Position numbers and translations under genes: made by a program
Notes under the pieces: generated by a model
The model's database searches: none
What the model saw: only the letters and a program-made list of their open reading frames with translations
Told to the model about the DNA's origin: nothing
DNA from: Bdellovibrionales bacterium
GTDB taxonomy: Bacteria > Bdellovibrionota > Bdellovibrionia > Bdellovibrionales > JAMPXM01
Reading direction: 5' to 3'
Length of the DNA: 64,000 nucleotides
Assembly: GCA_043739185.1 (NCBI GenBank)
Contig: JAYUEN010000155.1
Span: forward strand, 1 to 64,000
In this document: positions 49,081 through 59,132 of the stretch, one piece after another
Layout of the letters: every line of letters starts with the position of its first letter
Numbering within the stretch: the first letter of the stretch is position 1

Positions 49081-50835
49081 TTAAATTTGGCTGAGCTGGC
49101 GCTCAATTAGTTTTCGGTAAATTCCTTTTTCTTCTTTGATTAAATCTTGATGGGAGCCGAGTTGCATGATTTTGCCATTTTCAATGACGCAAATAATGTC
49201 GGCATTTTGTATGGTCGCAAGTCGATGCGCAATGATCAGGGTTGTTCGGCCTTTCATCAAGCGCGTGAGTGCTTCTTGTACCAAAGCTTCACTTTCGGTA
49301 TCAAGAGCACTCGTAGCTTCGTCAAGTATTAAGACCTTCGGATTTTTAAGCAATGCTCTGGCAATGGCGACTCTTTGTTTTTGACCGCCAGAAAGTTGTA
49401 TCCCGCGCTCGCCGACTAATGTTGAATAGTTTTCGGGAAACTTCAAAATGAACTCTTCTGCATTTGCCTGTTTGGCTGCAAAAATGACTTCGTCTTTGGT
49501 GGCAAACTCATTGCCGTAACGAATATTTTCTTCAATGCTCGAGGAAATTAAGATGGGCTCTTGCGATACCAAGCCGATTTGTCCACGCATCCAGTGTGGC
49601 TCCAAACTTTTAATGTCTTCACCATCGAGCAGGATTTGGCCCTTTACCGGATCATAGAATCTTGAAACCAAGCTCGCTACGGTGGTTTTGCCACTTCCTG
49701 AGGGGCCAACGAGCGCCACCGTTTGACCGGGTCTTAAATGAAGATTGAAATCCTTGAGGACACTGGTTTCGAGTCTGCTCGGATAAGCGAAATCGACTTG
49801 CTTAAATTGCAGTTCGCCGGTGAGTCTCTCGATTTTTTTACCAATGCTGTTTTGAACAAGGGGAGTTTTATCTAAAATTTCAAAAATTCTCTTGGCTGCT
49901 CCCACTGCCGACATAAAGTCTCCCCAAAGACTTCCGAGAGCTCCTACGGCAAACGACATAATAAGCAAATAGAGCAAAAACTGGGTGAGGTCACCAATGC
50001 TCATTTGATTTAAGATAACGAGCTTGCCGCCAAACCATAGAACGCCGACAACTGCAAAAGAACCAATCATAGTGGCAATACCGGTGAAAAGAGCAATTTG
50101 TAAAACGCGGCCCCGAGCAGATGCGAGTGACTGAACAAGGCTTGAGTTGTATCTCGCTTTTTCAAAATTCTCCTGCGCAAAAGATCTCACAGTTCGCATT
50201 CCTGAAATGGTTTCTTCGGCAACAGTTGATGCTTGAGCTAGGGCATCTTGAGATTTTTTTGAAAAACCACGAATGCGCCTGCCAAAAATACCTGCGCCAA
50301 AAGCAACGGGTGGTACCACGAGCAGCATGGTCAAAGCCAATTTGGGTGAGGTATAAATCATCATGGCAAGTCCGCCGATAGCACCAGCTACATTACGTAG
50401 GCCCATAGAAATATTTACGCTCACGGCGTTTTGCAAAATGGTGGCGTCGCTTGAAATACGACTCATCAATTCGCCCGTGCGATTGAAATCAAAGAAGGCA
50501 ATTTCTTGTTCGAGAATATGGGAGTACAGATTTTGCCTTAAGCGCAAAACTATTCTTTCACCGGCCATAGTAAATAAATAGTAGCGAAGAGCTGCAGCAA
50601 TGGATTGTATGAAAAAGATTGCAAGCATCAGAGCTGCGACTTGATTGATTTTATCCATTTGCTTGGAGTTCAGTGCGCCATCGACCATATTTTTAATGAG
50701 CTGAGGATAAACTAAGTTGCTCGAGCTCCCAATCGCCAAAAATACCGTAGCAATTAAAAGTGTTTTGAGTTCTGGACGCGCCAATTTTAAAATGCGCAAC
50801 CACAGACTTTTAGAATCAATCGAATTCATGTTCAC
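49081..50835 (-). CDS. ABC exporter, fused TMD-NBD (MsbA/ABCB-like)
   Basis: GPSGSGKT, LSGGQKQR, LDEATSALD, IAHRL; six TM helices. Confidence 0.95.
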   Translation of the reverse strand: MNMNSIDSKSLWLRILKLARPELKTLLIATVFLAIGSSSNLVYPQLIKNMVDGALNSKQMDKINQVAALMLAIFFIQSIAAALRYYLFTMAGERIVLRLRQNLYSHILEQEIAFFDFNRTGELMSRISSDATILQNAVSVNISMGLRNVAGAIGGLAMMIYTSPKLALTMLLVVPPVAFGAGIFGRRIRGFSKKSQDALAQASTVAEETISGMRTVRSFAQENFEKARYNSSLVQSLASARGRVLQIALFTGIATMIGSFAVVGVLWFGGKLVILNQMSIGDLTQFLLYLLIMSFAVGALGSLWGDFMSAVGAAKRIFEILDKTPLVQNSIGKKIERLTGELQFKQVDFAYPSRLETSVLKDFNLHLRPGQTVALVGPSGSGKTTVASLVSRFYDPVKGQILLDGEDIKSLEPHWMRGQIGLVSQEPILISSSIEENIRYGNEFATKDEVIFAAKQANAEEFILKFPENYSTLVGERGIQLSGGQKQRVAIARALLKNPKVLILDEATSALDTESEALVQEALTRLMKGRTTLIIAHRLATIQNADIICVIENGKIMQLGSHQDLIKEEKGIYRKLIERQLSQI

Positions 50836-50840
50836 AGTCC

Positions 50841-51224
50841 TTAAATATCGAGTTCAATACTTCGGCCCACCGGTCGAATTGAAAGTGCAGCTAGCTTGAA
50901 ATGCTGAACTCCAAATGGAATTCCAATGACGCTGATACAAAATAAAATACCAAGACCTAAATGACCCAAAGCTAGCCACCATCCCGCGACAATGAACCAA
51001 ACAATATTGCCGAGCGTGCTGAGAGCACTGAGCGCAGGAGCAGATTCTCTTTTTTCAATTTTAGATCCGAATGGCCAGAGATTCATGAGCGCAATATTAA
51101 AACAAGCTTTCGCCCAAGGAATTCCGACGATTGAAATGAGCATGATAAGACTTGCAATAAACCAACTGGTGGCCGTCGCAAAGCCACCTAAAAATAACCA
51201 CAATAGATTGAGAATAATATTCAT
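50841..51224 (-). CDS. yccF: YccF-family inner-membrane protein
   Basis: Duplicated N.LW...GG...IVGIP motif; QHFKLA. Confidence 0.88.
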   Translation of the reverse strand: MNIILNLLWLFLGGFATATSWFIASLIMLISIVGIPWAKACFNIALMNLWPFGSKIEKRESAPALSALSTLGNIVWFIVAGWWLALGHLGLGILFCISVIGIPFGVQHFKLAALSIRPVGRSIELDI

Positions 51225-52108
51225 ATATGACTCTTGGTTTTTAGAAGTTTGGATTTGAGTTGCTCAATAAGCCGATTTTCTTGGTCTTCAAGACCAATAG
51301 GCGTCCAGATGGAGTAGGGGATTTTCTTTTTTGTCAATTGAGCCTCTAACCCATGAAGGTGAAGTGCGCCAATGACCAGAACTTTTATTCCCTTGAGTTG
51401 CTCAAGCTGCAAAACAAAATTGTCGTTTCGCTGTTGTAAAAGATTTTCAAATTGGTCTAGAGATTTTGATATTTCAGAGTTTAGATTTTCAAGGACAAAT
51501 TTAAGACTGGAATCTCGTGGTAGGCGCAAGACCTCAGCAGCTTTATTTAAGTAGGACTCGCGATCTTGCGGACTAAGTTGGGGGTCCTCAAGGCGCATTT
51601 TAAAGCCTGCAAAGCCACGTAAATTTGAAAGTGCTAATAAGTTATCATGAATGAGCTGCTCGCGATCACCACAAGCCACGACTAAATTGTTTTTATATTT
51701 TGCTTTTATTTTATAGGCTATTGGCGCAAGAAGAGAATCGATATTGTGTTTTTGACTCAGTTCTCCTGTGAGATCATCAACAGACCAACCGTTAATTTTT
51801 ACACTCGTTTGGTTTTCAATTGGCCCTTCGCAACCTTCGGCAAGCAGAGAGTCAATGGTATGCCCCTCTACCCAAGTAGAGAGCTGAGTGTAGATTGCCA
51901 ATTGATTGGCCTCTTGTGGTGGATGCTCGCTCGGAATTGGACCTGAACCTAAATGCCATTGGGGAATTAAAATGACGCCTTCATCTTTTATCATTTGGGT
52001 GCGCGTCCAAGTGCCCAATTTCAAATTGCTAATATTTGAAATTGGTTTTGGTGTCGAAACGCAGCCCACCAAGAGGTAAAAGAAAACATAGCAAATATTG
52101 AATTTCAT
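51221..52108 (-). CDS. Lipoprotein, possibly TraB/TIKI/ChaN-like fold
   Basis: LVGC lipobox; QWH, AEG, RN...VIGALHL motifs. Confidence 0.55.
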   Translation of the reverse strand: MKFNICYVFFYLLVGCVSTPKPISNISNLKLGTWTRTQMIKDEGVILIPQWHLGSGPIPSEHPPQEANQLAIYTQLSTWVEGHTIDSLLAEGCEGPIENQTSVKINGWSVDDLTGELSQKHNIDSLLAPIAYKIKAKYKNNLVVACGDREQLIHDNLLALSNLRGFAGFKMRLEDPQLSPQDRESYLNKAAEVLRLPRDSSLKFVLENLNSEISKSLDQFENLLQQRNDNFVLQLEQLKGIKVLVIGALHLHGLEAQLTKKKIPYSIWTPIGLEDQENRLIEQLKSKLLKTKSHI

Positions 52109-52217
52109 TCGCAGATGCTAAACCAAAGAGCTGCCACCTGACAAGATTTCAATTTGAGTCTGCGTTAAAAAGCGCTGCCTTATTTGCTTTCTTGGTTAGG
52201 GAGGATTAGAAGATTTC

Positions 52218-53684
52218 ATGAAAATTGTAATTCAGCTCGCTTTGTCCATTTTTTTGTTTACAGCCTGTTCGTCTCTAGTTAATCGCGCGGATAAGCTCTA
52301 TGAAAACGAGTCATACGAAGAAGCTGCAGAGCTCTATGAGCAAGTACTAAAAACCTCTCCGAATAACGATGAGGTCTGCATTTCTCTTAATAAAACCCAT
52401 TTAAAAATTATTGATCGCAAACTCATTCAAATTCGAAAATATCGTTTGGCCGGTGATCAGTGGGAGAGTACAAAGCAACTTTTACAATTGGTCGAAAGTG
52501 AAAGCAAATGGCAACACTATCCAAAAGGGCCTGTGGCATTTACTCAAGGCGAGGAAGCGAGATTTTCGACGCAATTTATTGAACACCAAATGAATTTGGC
52601 TCTCGAGCAGGGCCTGGCTTTAAAAGCCCTTTCGCATTTACGAACTTATGCGCCAATCTTCGCTGACGTCAAGGACACAGAAATTGATAAGTTTGAAGGA
52701 CGCATCAATCAAGCTGGTGAAAAGCAATGCCAAAAGCTCAGCGCGGATATTCGAAAGGATCACTTTTTTTACCAAGAATTCACCAAGAAGTTTTGCGACT
52801 TTTGGTCCGTGCAAATAGCAAAAAAGCAAATTCGCATGATACAATTGCCAAATTATTTATATAAAGCATTGCAGCTCAATTTTTCTGTCAATTCATTTCC
52901 CCCTGACGAAATTTCATTTTTGACAGATGAATTGGCTGCGGCTTTTAAGGCATCACCTTGGTTCTCTGTCGATAGTTCGAAAACGCTGTTGATGAATATC
53001 ACGGGCGATTACAAGCACGATGAGCGCAAAGATCAGGTTCACTTGAGTCACTCATATGAAGTTAAAATCCCATACACCGAAGTACATACCGAGAAGAAAC
53101 GCGAGCCTCCGCACGATGTGCTTGGTCAGACCCTTGCAGTCTTGGGCGCCTTTGCAGTTTTGGGTGATACCTATTCGACAAGCATCGATAACAAAGATGG
53201 AACTGAAACAATAACTGAGCATAAAGTGAGGCTTGAGCCTCGAATTTATGAATATTCAGCTACGCAATATTCACAGAGTTTTAAACTAGGCTTCAATACA
53301 GAGGCAACTTTAGAAAAAGCCAGATTTAGTTTCAACTATCAAAGCGAAAAGCAGAACAAAAGTATTGAACACCATAATGATTTGCCATCAATTGGATTGT
53401 TCCCTGCAGCGGCTAAGCTCCTAAGTAACCATGACTTTATTTCAGAGAGTACAATCGCAATGAAAACGCAGTTTACTTTAAAAGCAAAAGATCAGTGGAA
53501 GGAACAATTTTGCAGGCTCACAAATTCAGACTACAAGCTCACTGATTATTCTGAAGCAGTTTTACGTTGTTTGTATGCTGATTTGAATCCGGTGCCGGAT
53601 TTTGTGGATGATTGGTTTTTAAAGAATTTTGGTCTTAAGACGGCAGAGGCGCGTAAACGAATGCAGATTGGCTTTGTGAATTAA
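52218..53684 (+). CDS. Lipoprotein with N-terminal TPR
   Basis: FTAC lipobox; ADKLYE..YEEAAELYEQVL..SP TPR. Confidence 0.7.
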   Translation: MKIVIQLALSIFLFTACSSLVNRADKLYENESYEEAAELYEQVLKTSPNNDEVCISLNKTHLKIIDRKLIQIRKYRLAGDQWESTKQLLQLVESESKWQHYPKGPVAFTQGEEARFSTQFIEHQMNLALEQGLALKALSHLRTYAPIFADVKDTEIDKFEGRINQAGEKQCQKLSADIRKDHFFYQEFTKKFCDFWSVQIAKKQIRMIQLPNYLYKALQLNFSVNSFPPDEISFLTDELAAAFKASPWFSVDSSKTLLMNITGDYKHDERKDQVHLSHSYEVKIPYTEVHTEKKREPPHDVLGQTLAVLGAFAVLGDTYSTSIDNKDGTETITEHKVRLEPRIYEYSATQYSQSFKLGFNTEATLEKARFSFNYQSEKQNKSIEHHNDLPSIGLFPAAAKLLSNHDFISESTIAMKTQFTLKAKDQWKEQFCRLTNSDYKLTDYSEAVLRCLYADLNPVPDFVDDWFLKNFGLKTAEARKRMQIGFVN

Positions 53685-53688
53685 AAAT

Positions 53689-53705
53689 TGGGCCCTTAGG
53701 GCCCA
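53689..53705. terminator. Probable bidirectional terminator
   Basis: tgggccc-tta-gggccca between convergent genes, A-run on the left and T-rich on the right. Confidence 0.65.
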
Positions 53706-53710
53706 GTGTT

Positions 53711-54208
53711 TTATCGGACGGCAGCTAAGGCTGCGGCGTAATTTGGCTCATCGGCAATTTCAGCCACCTGTTCAGTATGTAAGACTTTATTGTCTGTTGA
53801 AAGTACGACAATAGCGCGAGAAAGCAGGCCATTGAGAACTGAATCTGTAAATTCAAGACCCCAATCTTTACCAAAAGTGCTGCGAAAGGTAGATAGAGAA
53901 TCGCAGTTATTGATGCCTTCAGCACCGCAAAATCTCTTCATTGCAAAAGGTAAATCAGCAGCGATATTAAGAACCACAACATTTTTAAGTTTAGTGGCTT
54001 CTTCGTTAAATTTACGCACAGAAGTGGCACAGGTTGGAGTGTCAATACTCGGGAAAATATTTAGGATTTTAAATTTTCCATCGTAGGTTTTTAAAGTGAC
54101 TTCAGATAAATCAGTTTTTACTAATTTAAAATCCTTAGCAGTCGTTCCTTTCGCCGGAAGTTGACCACTGGTATGCACAGGGCTGCCTTTAAGTGTGACG
54201 GTTGCCAT
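53711..54208 (-). CDS. tpx: Thiol peroxidase (atypical 2-Cys peroxiredoxin)
   Basis: FPSIDTPTC, DLPFAMKRFC, EPNY. Confidence 0.95.
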   Translation of the reverse strand: MATVTLKGSPVHTSGQLPAKGTTAKDFKLVKTDLSEVTLKTYDGKFKILNIFPSIDTPTCATSVRKFNEEATKLKNVVVLNIAADLPFAMKRFCGAEGINNCDSLSTFRSTFGKDWGLEFTDSVLNGLLSRAIVVLSTDNKVLHTEQVAEIADEPNYAAALAAVR

Positions 54209-54281
54209 TGAGACTCCTTTTTTTTGGTTTTAGGTTTTGCAAGCTTAACTGCGAAGAAGGAAGCCGTCTAGTTTTTAAAGC

Positions 54282-54311
54282 AAAAAAAAGGCAGACTTTG
54301 CAGTCTGCCTT
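54282..54311 (-). terminator. Intrinsic terminator of the 54338..57628 gene
   Basis: aaggcagact-ttgc-agtctgcctt stem with an A8 run on the plus strand (U-tract on minus). Confidence 0.85.
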
Positions 54312-54337
54312 AACGGGATCTTCAAAATTTCTTAGAA

Positions 54338-57300
54338 TTACTTAGCGCCTGGACAATTTGCGATTGCAGTGCTTTCGCAAACTCCGAATCCATTTGGGTT
54401 AGCTCGTGCGCAAGCTTTTACTGCGATATTATAAGCAGACTTCAAGTCTGACGCTGGACCGCTTGGGTATTGCTTACCATTCGGGCCGGTCGCTACACAC
54501 GAAGCTGGTGGTGGCGGCGGTGGCGGAGGAGGTGGTGGCGCATTCACATAGTCACAGCTTAAGAAATCAGTATTGCTACAGTCGTTTACATCTGTTCCGT
54601 CAGCAGTCACACAATTTGAGATCGCGCGATTGCGAGCTTTATCTGTGTCAAAGCTTTGAAAGTTAAACGATGTAGATACGTTCGGTACTGTTACACTACA
54701 CATCATTGGATTCAAAACTGAATTGTCCAATGCAACACAAGTAACATTGTCTGGGCTTGAACAAGCGTCGACATCTGTTGTTGCGTCATCAGCAATACAA
54801 ATTTGTTGCGCCATTTGTGAAGCGTAGTCAGCATCGCGACCTTTTCTGATAAAGGTCACAGGGTTTCCGTCAGCATCAGTACTGCTCGTTGAACAGCTTA
54901 CGACTGGGGCATAAGAAATACCATCATCGCAAGACAAATTCGCTTTACACTCAGTCGCATTGGCACTTGTACTAGCCGTACAATGATTGATTGCCCTTTG
55001 CGAAGCAGTTCCCGAATCAGGAGCGACCCCAACGAATTTAAGATCGCCACTGAAGGTACGGCAAGTCACATTTACAACTGGCATTGGCGGTGGAGCTGGT
55101 TCTTCGTAAACTATGTTTGAAGACACATGTTCGCGAACATCAGCCGCTTGCTCAAGAGCAACGATTGCATTTAAGATTGCAATCCCGGTAGCAACGGGCG
55201 AATAATCCGTAACCGTAGGTACGAATACATCTGAATTGTATGGGCTCTCAAGATCAAGACGACCTTTGAAGGCAACATGCAAGCTTCCACGATCTACGAA
55301 ACCTTCAACCATAACTTGTCCGCCACCTAAATTACGGTAGTGGTTGATTACGATATCATTTGGTCCGAAGTAGAATCGACCAGAAACATAGTTTGAGATT
55401 TGCGCATTGAGTTTATCTGTTAAAACCTCAAGAGCAGTTCGGTAGTAAGTGTGGCGATAGTAGCTCATTCCACTCACTTCAATTGCTAAGTCACGCATTG
55501 TATCGGTAGGATAAAATACGCGAGCATAACGGAATGGGCGGATTGGATAGCTATAGCAATATGAATCGCCATAGTACTGACAATAGAAAGCATGATTATC
55601 AGAGTCGTCAAACATCCATAAAACCAGTGGGTTCCAGAAATGTTCATGGATTCGGATGTCAACGCGTACTGGGTAAGCGTATCCACCACGAAAACCGTGA
55701 TCGTAATAACTGCTGTAATATTGACGATAAGTTTTTGTTGGTTCGTTGTAATAGTTATTGTAAACACGTGAACGCTCAACAACTACGTTTTGATAATTAT
55801 TTACATAAACATTAGTCACATGCGTAATGTTTTTTGTGATGGTAACACTGGTCACATCGGTCTTATTGATAATGCGATTGTGCATTTCTTCAGAGCGAAT
55901 ATGTCCATCATGAATATTTTGTTGAGTTTCATGATTGGCCATATGACTTGGTACCGCGACACCTGCAACTACGATAACTGGCTTTTCAATAATTTTAACA
56001 GGTACGACAACTTTAACTCGAACATTTGGATCAAATCCAATTCTCACTCCGCCTACAACTTTCAATTCAACTACTGGAGCCGAATGAACAGGGGCCGCAA
56101 TAACTGGCTTGTCTTCGCGTCTTGCTTGTCGGTTTTCATATTCTTTTTTGTTGTGCTCAATTACTTTAGCTTGAGCAGCACTTACAGTTTGATTTGGGTT
56201 TTGGCTCGCTTGAATGATTTGAGTTTTTTGCAAAACTATCACTTCTCTTTGCTTTTGAACTGCAACTACTTCTTTTTTCTGAACAGCAGCAACTTCAACT
56301 TCAGCAGCTTTTACTTCTTTTGCTTGCTTTACTTCAGCTGATTTTACGGGCTCAGCAATGCGTGTTTTTGCTTTCGCTCGCTCCTGATCAGCTTTTGCTC
56401 TTTCTTCTGCAATTTGCTGAGGTGTCTTAACCACTACTGGGTTTTGCGATTGAGCTTGAACTTGAATAGCCTTGCGTTCTTGGGCTTTTTGAGCCGCAAT
56501 TTGCTTAGCTTTTTCGTCCGCAGCTTTTTGCGCAGCCTCTTCTTTTGCGCGCTGAGCTTCGATGGTTTTTGCATCATTGGCTCTTTGTGCAGCTTCATGC
56601 GCTATTTTTTGAGCTTCTTGATCCTTTTGTGCACGTTCAATTGCCGCTTGTGCTGGTGTTTGGTTTTGTGCAGTTTTTAATTTATCTGCAACACTGGCTT
56701 TGTCTTCAGCTTTAGCAACGATTACTGGCGGTGGTCCTACTGGATTCTGCGGAGCAGGCTTACGATTTGCCTTATCCTGTGCTTCTCGAGCAGCTTTGTC
56801 AGCAACAGCTTTATCAGCAGCAGCTTTATCAGCTTTAGCTTTTGCTTCTTGAGCAATCTTGTCTTTTGCAGCTTGTTCAGCTTTCACTTTATCTTGCGCG
56901 GCTTTATCTGAAGCGGCCTTATCAGCGGCAGCTTTATCTTTAGCAGCTTGTTCAGCTTTCACTCTATCTTGAGCGGCTTTATCTGAAGCGGCCTTATCAG
57001 AGGCAGCTTTATCTTTAGCAGCTTGTTCAGCTTTCAATTTATCTTGCGCGGCTTTGTCTGAAGCGGCCTTATCAGAGGCAGCTTTAGCTTGTGCGTCTGC
57101 TTGAGCTTTACGTTGAGCTTCGGCTTGGGCTTGAGCTTGGGCCTTGGCTTGTGCATCTTGTTGGGCTTTAGCTTGCGCTTCGGCTTGGGCTTTACGTTGC
57201 GCTTCGGCTTGAGCTTGTGCTTGAGCCTTAGCCTGTGCGTCTTGTTGGGCTTTAGCTTGCGCTTCGGCTTGGGCTTTACGTTGCGCTTCGGCTTGAGCTT

Positions 57301-57628
57301 GTGCTTGAGCACGAGCCTGTGCATCTGCTTGAGCACGTGCTTGTGCATCTGCTTGAGCTTTGCGTTGTGCTTCTGCCTGGGCTTGTGCTTGGGCGCGAGC
57401 CTGTGCTTCGGCCTGAGCTTTAGCTTGTGCTTGAGCTTCGGCCTGTGCCTTCGCTCTTGCTTCGGCTTCAGCTTTCGCTTTGGCTTCGGCTTCAGCTTTC
57501 GCTTTTGCGGCGGCCTGGTCTTGCGCCGGAGTAGTAGCTCCAAATGCTGAGCTTGATGGCAGAGATGATGCGATCATCGAAACTGCAATCAAGGCTATCA
57601 GAAATGGAGATTTTAAGTTTTTCTTCAT
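54338..57628 (-). CDS. Large secreted modular protein: Ala/Gln/Lys coiled-coil repeats, Tyr-rich domain, four Cys4 modules
   Basis: Signal peptide; [10 protein letters not shown] and AASDK repeats; tandem 84-nt duplication (57157/57241); C-terminal Cys modules and poly-Pro linker. Confidence 0.85.
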   Translation of the reverse strand: MKKNLKSPFLIALIAVSMIASSLPSSSAFGATTPAQDQAAAKAKAEAEAKAKAEAEARAKAQAEAQAQAKAQAEAQARAQAQAQAEAQRKAQADAQARAQADAQARAQAQAQAEAQRKAQAEAQAKAQQDAQAKAQAQAQAEAQRKAQAEAQAKAQQDAQAKAQAQAQAEAQRKAQADAQAKAASDKAASDKAAQDKLKAEQAAKDKAASDKAASDKAAQDRVKAEQAAKDKAAADKAASDKAAQDKVKAEQAAKDKIAQEAKAKADKAAADKAVADKAAREAQDKANRKPAPQNPVGPPPVIVAKAEDKASVADKLKTAQNQTPAQAAIERAQKDQEAQKIAHEAAQRANDAKTIEAQRAKEEAAQKAADEKAKQIAAQKAQERKAIQVQAQSQNPVVVKTPQQIAEERAKADQERAKAKTRIAEPVKSAEVKQAKEVKAAEVEVAAVQKKEVVAVQKQREVIVLQKTQIIQASQNPNQTVSAAQAKVIEHNKKEYENRQARREDKPVIAAPVHSAPVVELKVVGGVRIGFDPNVRVKVVVPVKIIEKPVIVVAGVAVPSHMANHETQQNIHDGHIRSEEMHNRIINKTDVTSVTITKNITHVTNVYVNNYQNVVVERSRVYNNYYNEPTKTYRQYYSSYYDHGFRGGYAYPVRVDIRIHEHFWNPLVLWMFDDSDNHAFYCQYYGDSYCYSYPIRPFRYARVFYPTDTMRDLAIEVSGMSYYRHTYYRTALEVLTDKLNAQISNYVSGRFYFGPNDIVINHYRNLGGGQVMVEGFVDRGSLHVAFKGRLDLESPYNSDVFVPTVTDYSPVATGIAILNAIVALEQAADVREHVSSNIVYEEPAPPPMPVVNVTCRTFSGDLKFVGVAPDSGTASQRAINHCTASTSANATECKANLSCDDGISYAPVVSCSTSSTDADGNPVTFIRKGRDADYASQMAQQICIADDATTDVDACSSPDNVTCVALDNSVLNPMMCSVTVPNVSTSFNFQSFDTDKARNRAISNCVTADGTDVNDCSNTDFLSCDYVNAPPPPPPPPPPPASCVATGPNGKQYPSGPASDLKSAYNIAVKACARANPNGFGVCESTAIANCPGAK

Positions 57629-57733
57629 TTTCGTATCCTTTTCTTTGTTAGGTTTGTGAACGCGAAAATAAATTAAATCTGAAAAAATTCAGATTCCATT
57701 TTGTCTCCACATTCGATCTCGTGTGGGTCTCAT

Positions 57734-57750
57734 AGCAGGATCTGTACCAA
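57734..57750 (-). promoter_or_regulatory. Putative sigma54 promoter for the large secreted protein
   Basis: Minus strand TTGGTACAGATCCTGCT matches GG-N10-GC; about 105 nt upstream of ATG 57628. Confidence 0.55.
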
Positions 57751-58070
57751 AGCTTTTTTGCCATTAAAAGTGGCTTGGAATGGCTGGCGACAAATATAAG
57801 CGGGAATGGGCTCTCGATTTGTAAAAAATGCATGGGCTTCAAAACTGGTGGCAAAAAGAAATTTTGGTGCAATGAATTCATGAAAGGTGTCAATTTGGAA
57901 TCAGATTATCAGTGATTCATTTTGGGGATTCTTTTTAAAGATTTTTGAATTTCGTGATAACTATAAGCTGGATCATTAGACTGTAAGATTTGAAAAACAT
58001 CAGTATAAAGAGTGCAGTTTTTGAATTTGCACAGTGTAGTACCCCATTTTTTAGTTGTCGAGGAAACCAA

Positions 58071-59132
58071 ATGAATTCAATTCCAAGCTCCACTATAGCT
58101 CTCACTCAAACTGTGCAAAAAGGTGGTTGTGCCGCCAAAGTTGCCGCCAGCGAACTCAGAAAAATTTTAAAACAAGTTAAATTCCCGAAAGCTCATCCAG
58201 CTTTATTGATAGATGGCGGGCTATTTGATGATGCCGCCATTTACAAAGTCACAGATGAAATTGCCTTAGTTCAGACTTTGGATTTCTTTACTCCTATATT
58301 AGATACTCCAAAATATTTTGGTGCAGTTGCCGCGGCCAATGCTCTGAGTGATGTTTATGCGATGGGAGGACGACCTAAAACTGCAATGGGCATTTTAGCC
58401 TTTCCGGTAGCAAGCATGAGTGATCAAATTATCGTTGATATTATGCAGGCCGCGAGTGACAAAATTGCAGAAGCCGGCGCTAATTTTGTAGGTGGGCATT
58501 CAATAGATGATGATACTTTGAAGTTTGGTTTATCAGTAACCGGTTTTGTACATCCAAATAAAGTATGGAGTAATGCCGGTGCAAAAGTAGGTGACCATTT
58601 GATTTTAACCAAAGCCTTAGGTACGGGAGCGATGACTGCGGGCCTTAAGCGCCAAGCACTGCGAGAAAGTGAAATCCTTGAAGCAATTGAAAGTATGTCC
58701 CTCTTGAATAATTGCGTTGATTTTATAACTCCAAATTTAGAAGCTGCAATTCATGCAGCAACTGACATAACTGGCTTCGGAATTTCAGGCCACAGTATGC
58801 AGCTTGCCATCGCAAGTAAAGTGAGCTTGAACCTAAAGCTAAGCGCGATGCCAGTGTTTTCAAAAACCAGATATTGCTTAGAGCAGGGATTTATCACCAA
58901 AGCACATCGTACCAATCGTGAATACACTGAGAAGCATATCAAGCTTAATACTCTCGATAAGATTTCAGAACTGATTATACATGATCCGCAAACCAGCGGA
59001 GGAATGTTGCTTGCCGTAGACCCAACAATGAGTTCTCAAATTTTGGCTGCCCTTAAAAAACAATTTAAAGTTGCCGAATTGGTCGGCGAAGTCATTTCAC
59101 TGCAAGAGTTTAAGGTGAATTTTGAAGCTTGA
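58071..59132 (+). CDS. selD: Selenide, water dikinase (Cys form)
   Basis: GGCAAK, DDAAIY, QTLDFFTP, NALSDVYAMGG, GGHS, TDITGFG, DPQTSGG; ATG 58071 preferred. Confidence 0.95.
   Translation: MNSIPSSTIALTQTVQKGGCAAKVAASELRKILKQVKFPKAHPALLIDGGLFDDAAIYKVTDEIALVQTLDFFTPILDTPKYFGAVAAANALSDVYAMGGRPKTAMGILAFPVASMSDQIIVDIMQAASDKIAEAGANFVGGHSIDDDTLKFGLSVTGFVHPNKVWSNAGAKVGDHLILTKALGTGAMTAGLKRQALRESEILEAIESMSLLNNCVDFITPNLEAAIHAATDITGFGISGHSMQLAIASKVSLNLKLSAMPVFSKTRYCLEQGFITKAHRTNREYTEKHIKLNTLDKISELIIHDPQTSGGMLLAVDPTMSSQILAALKKQFKVAELVGEVISLQEFKVNFEA

Noticed and set aside
56800..57520. CRISPR-like or satellite repeats
   Set aside because: The units are in-frame coding repeats without unique spacers, and no cas genes are present.
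55486..57550. Several overlapping ORFs (Leu/Ser/Phe-rich or Lys/Pro/Arg-rich)
   Set aside because: These are shadow frames of the low-complexity repeats in the 1096-aa gene.
58120..58145. Selenocysteine recoding in SelD
   Set aside because: The active-site codon is TGT and there is no in-frame TGA.
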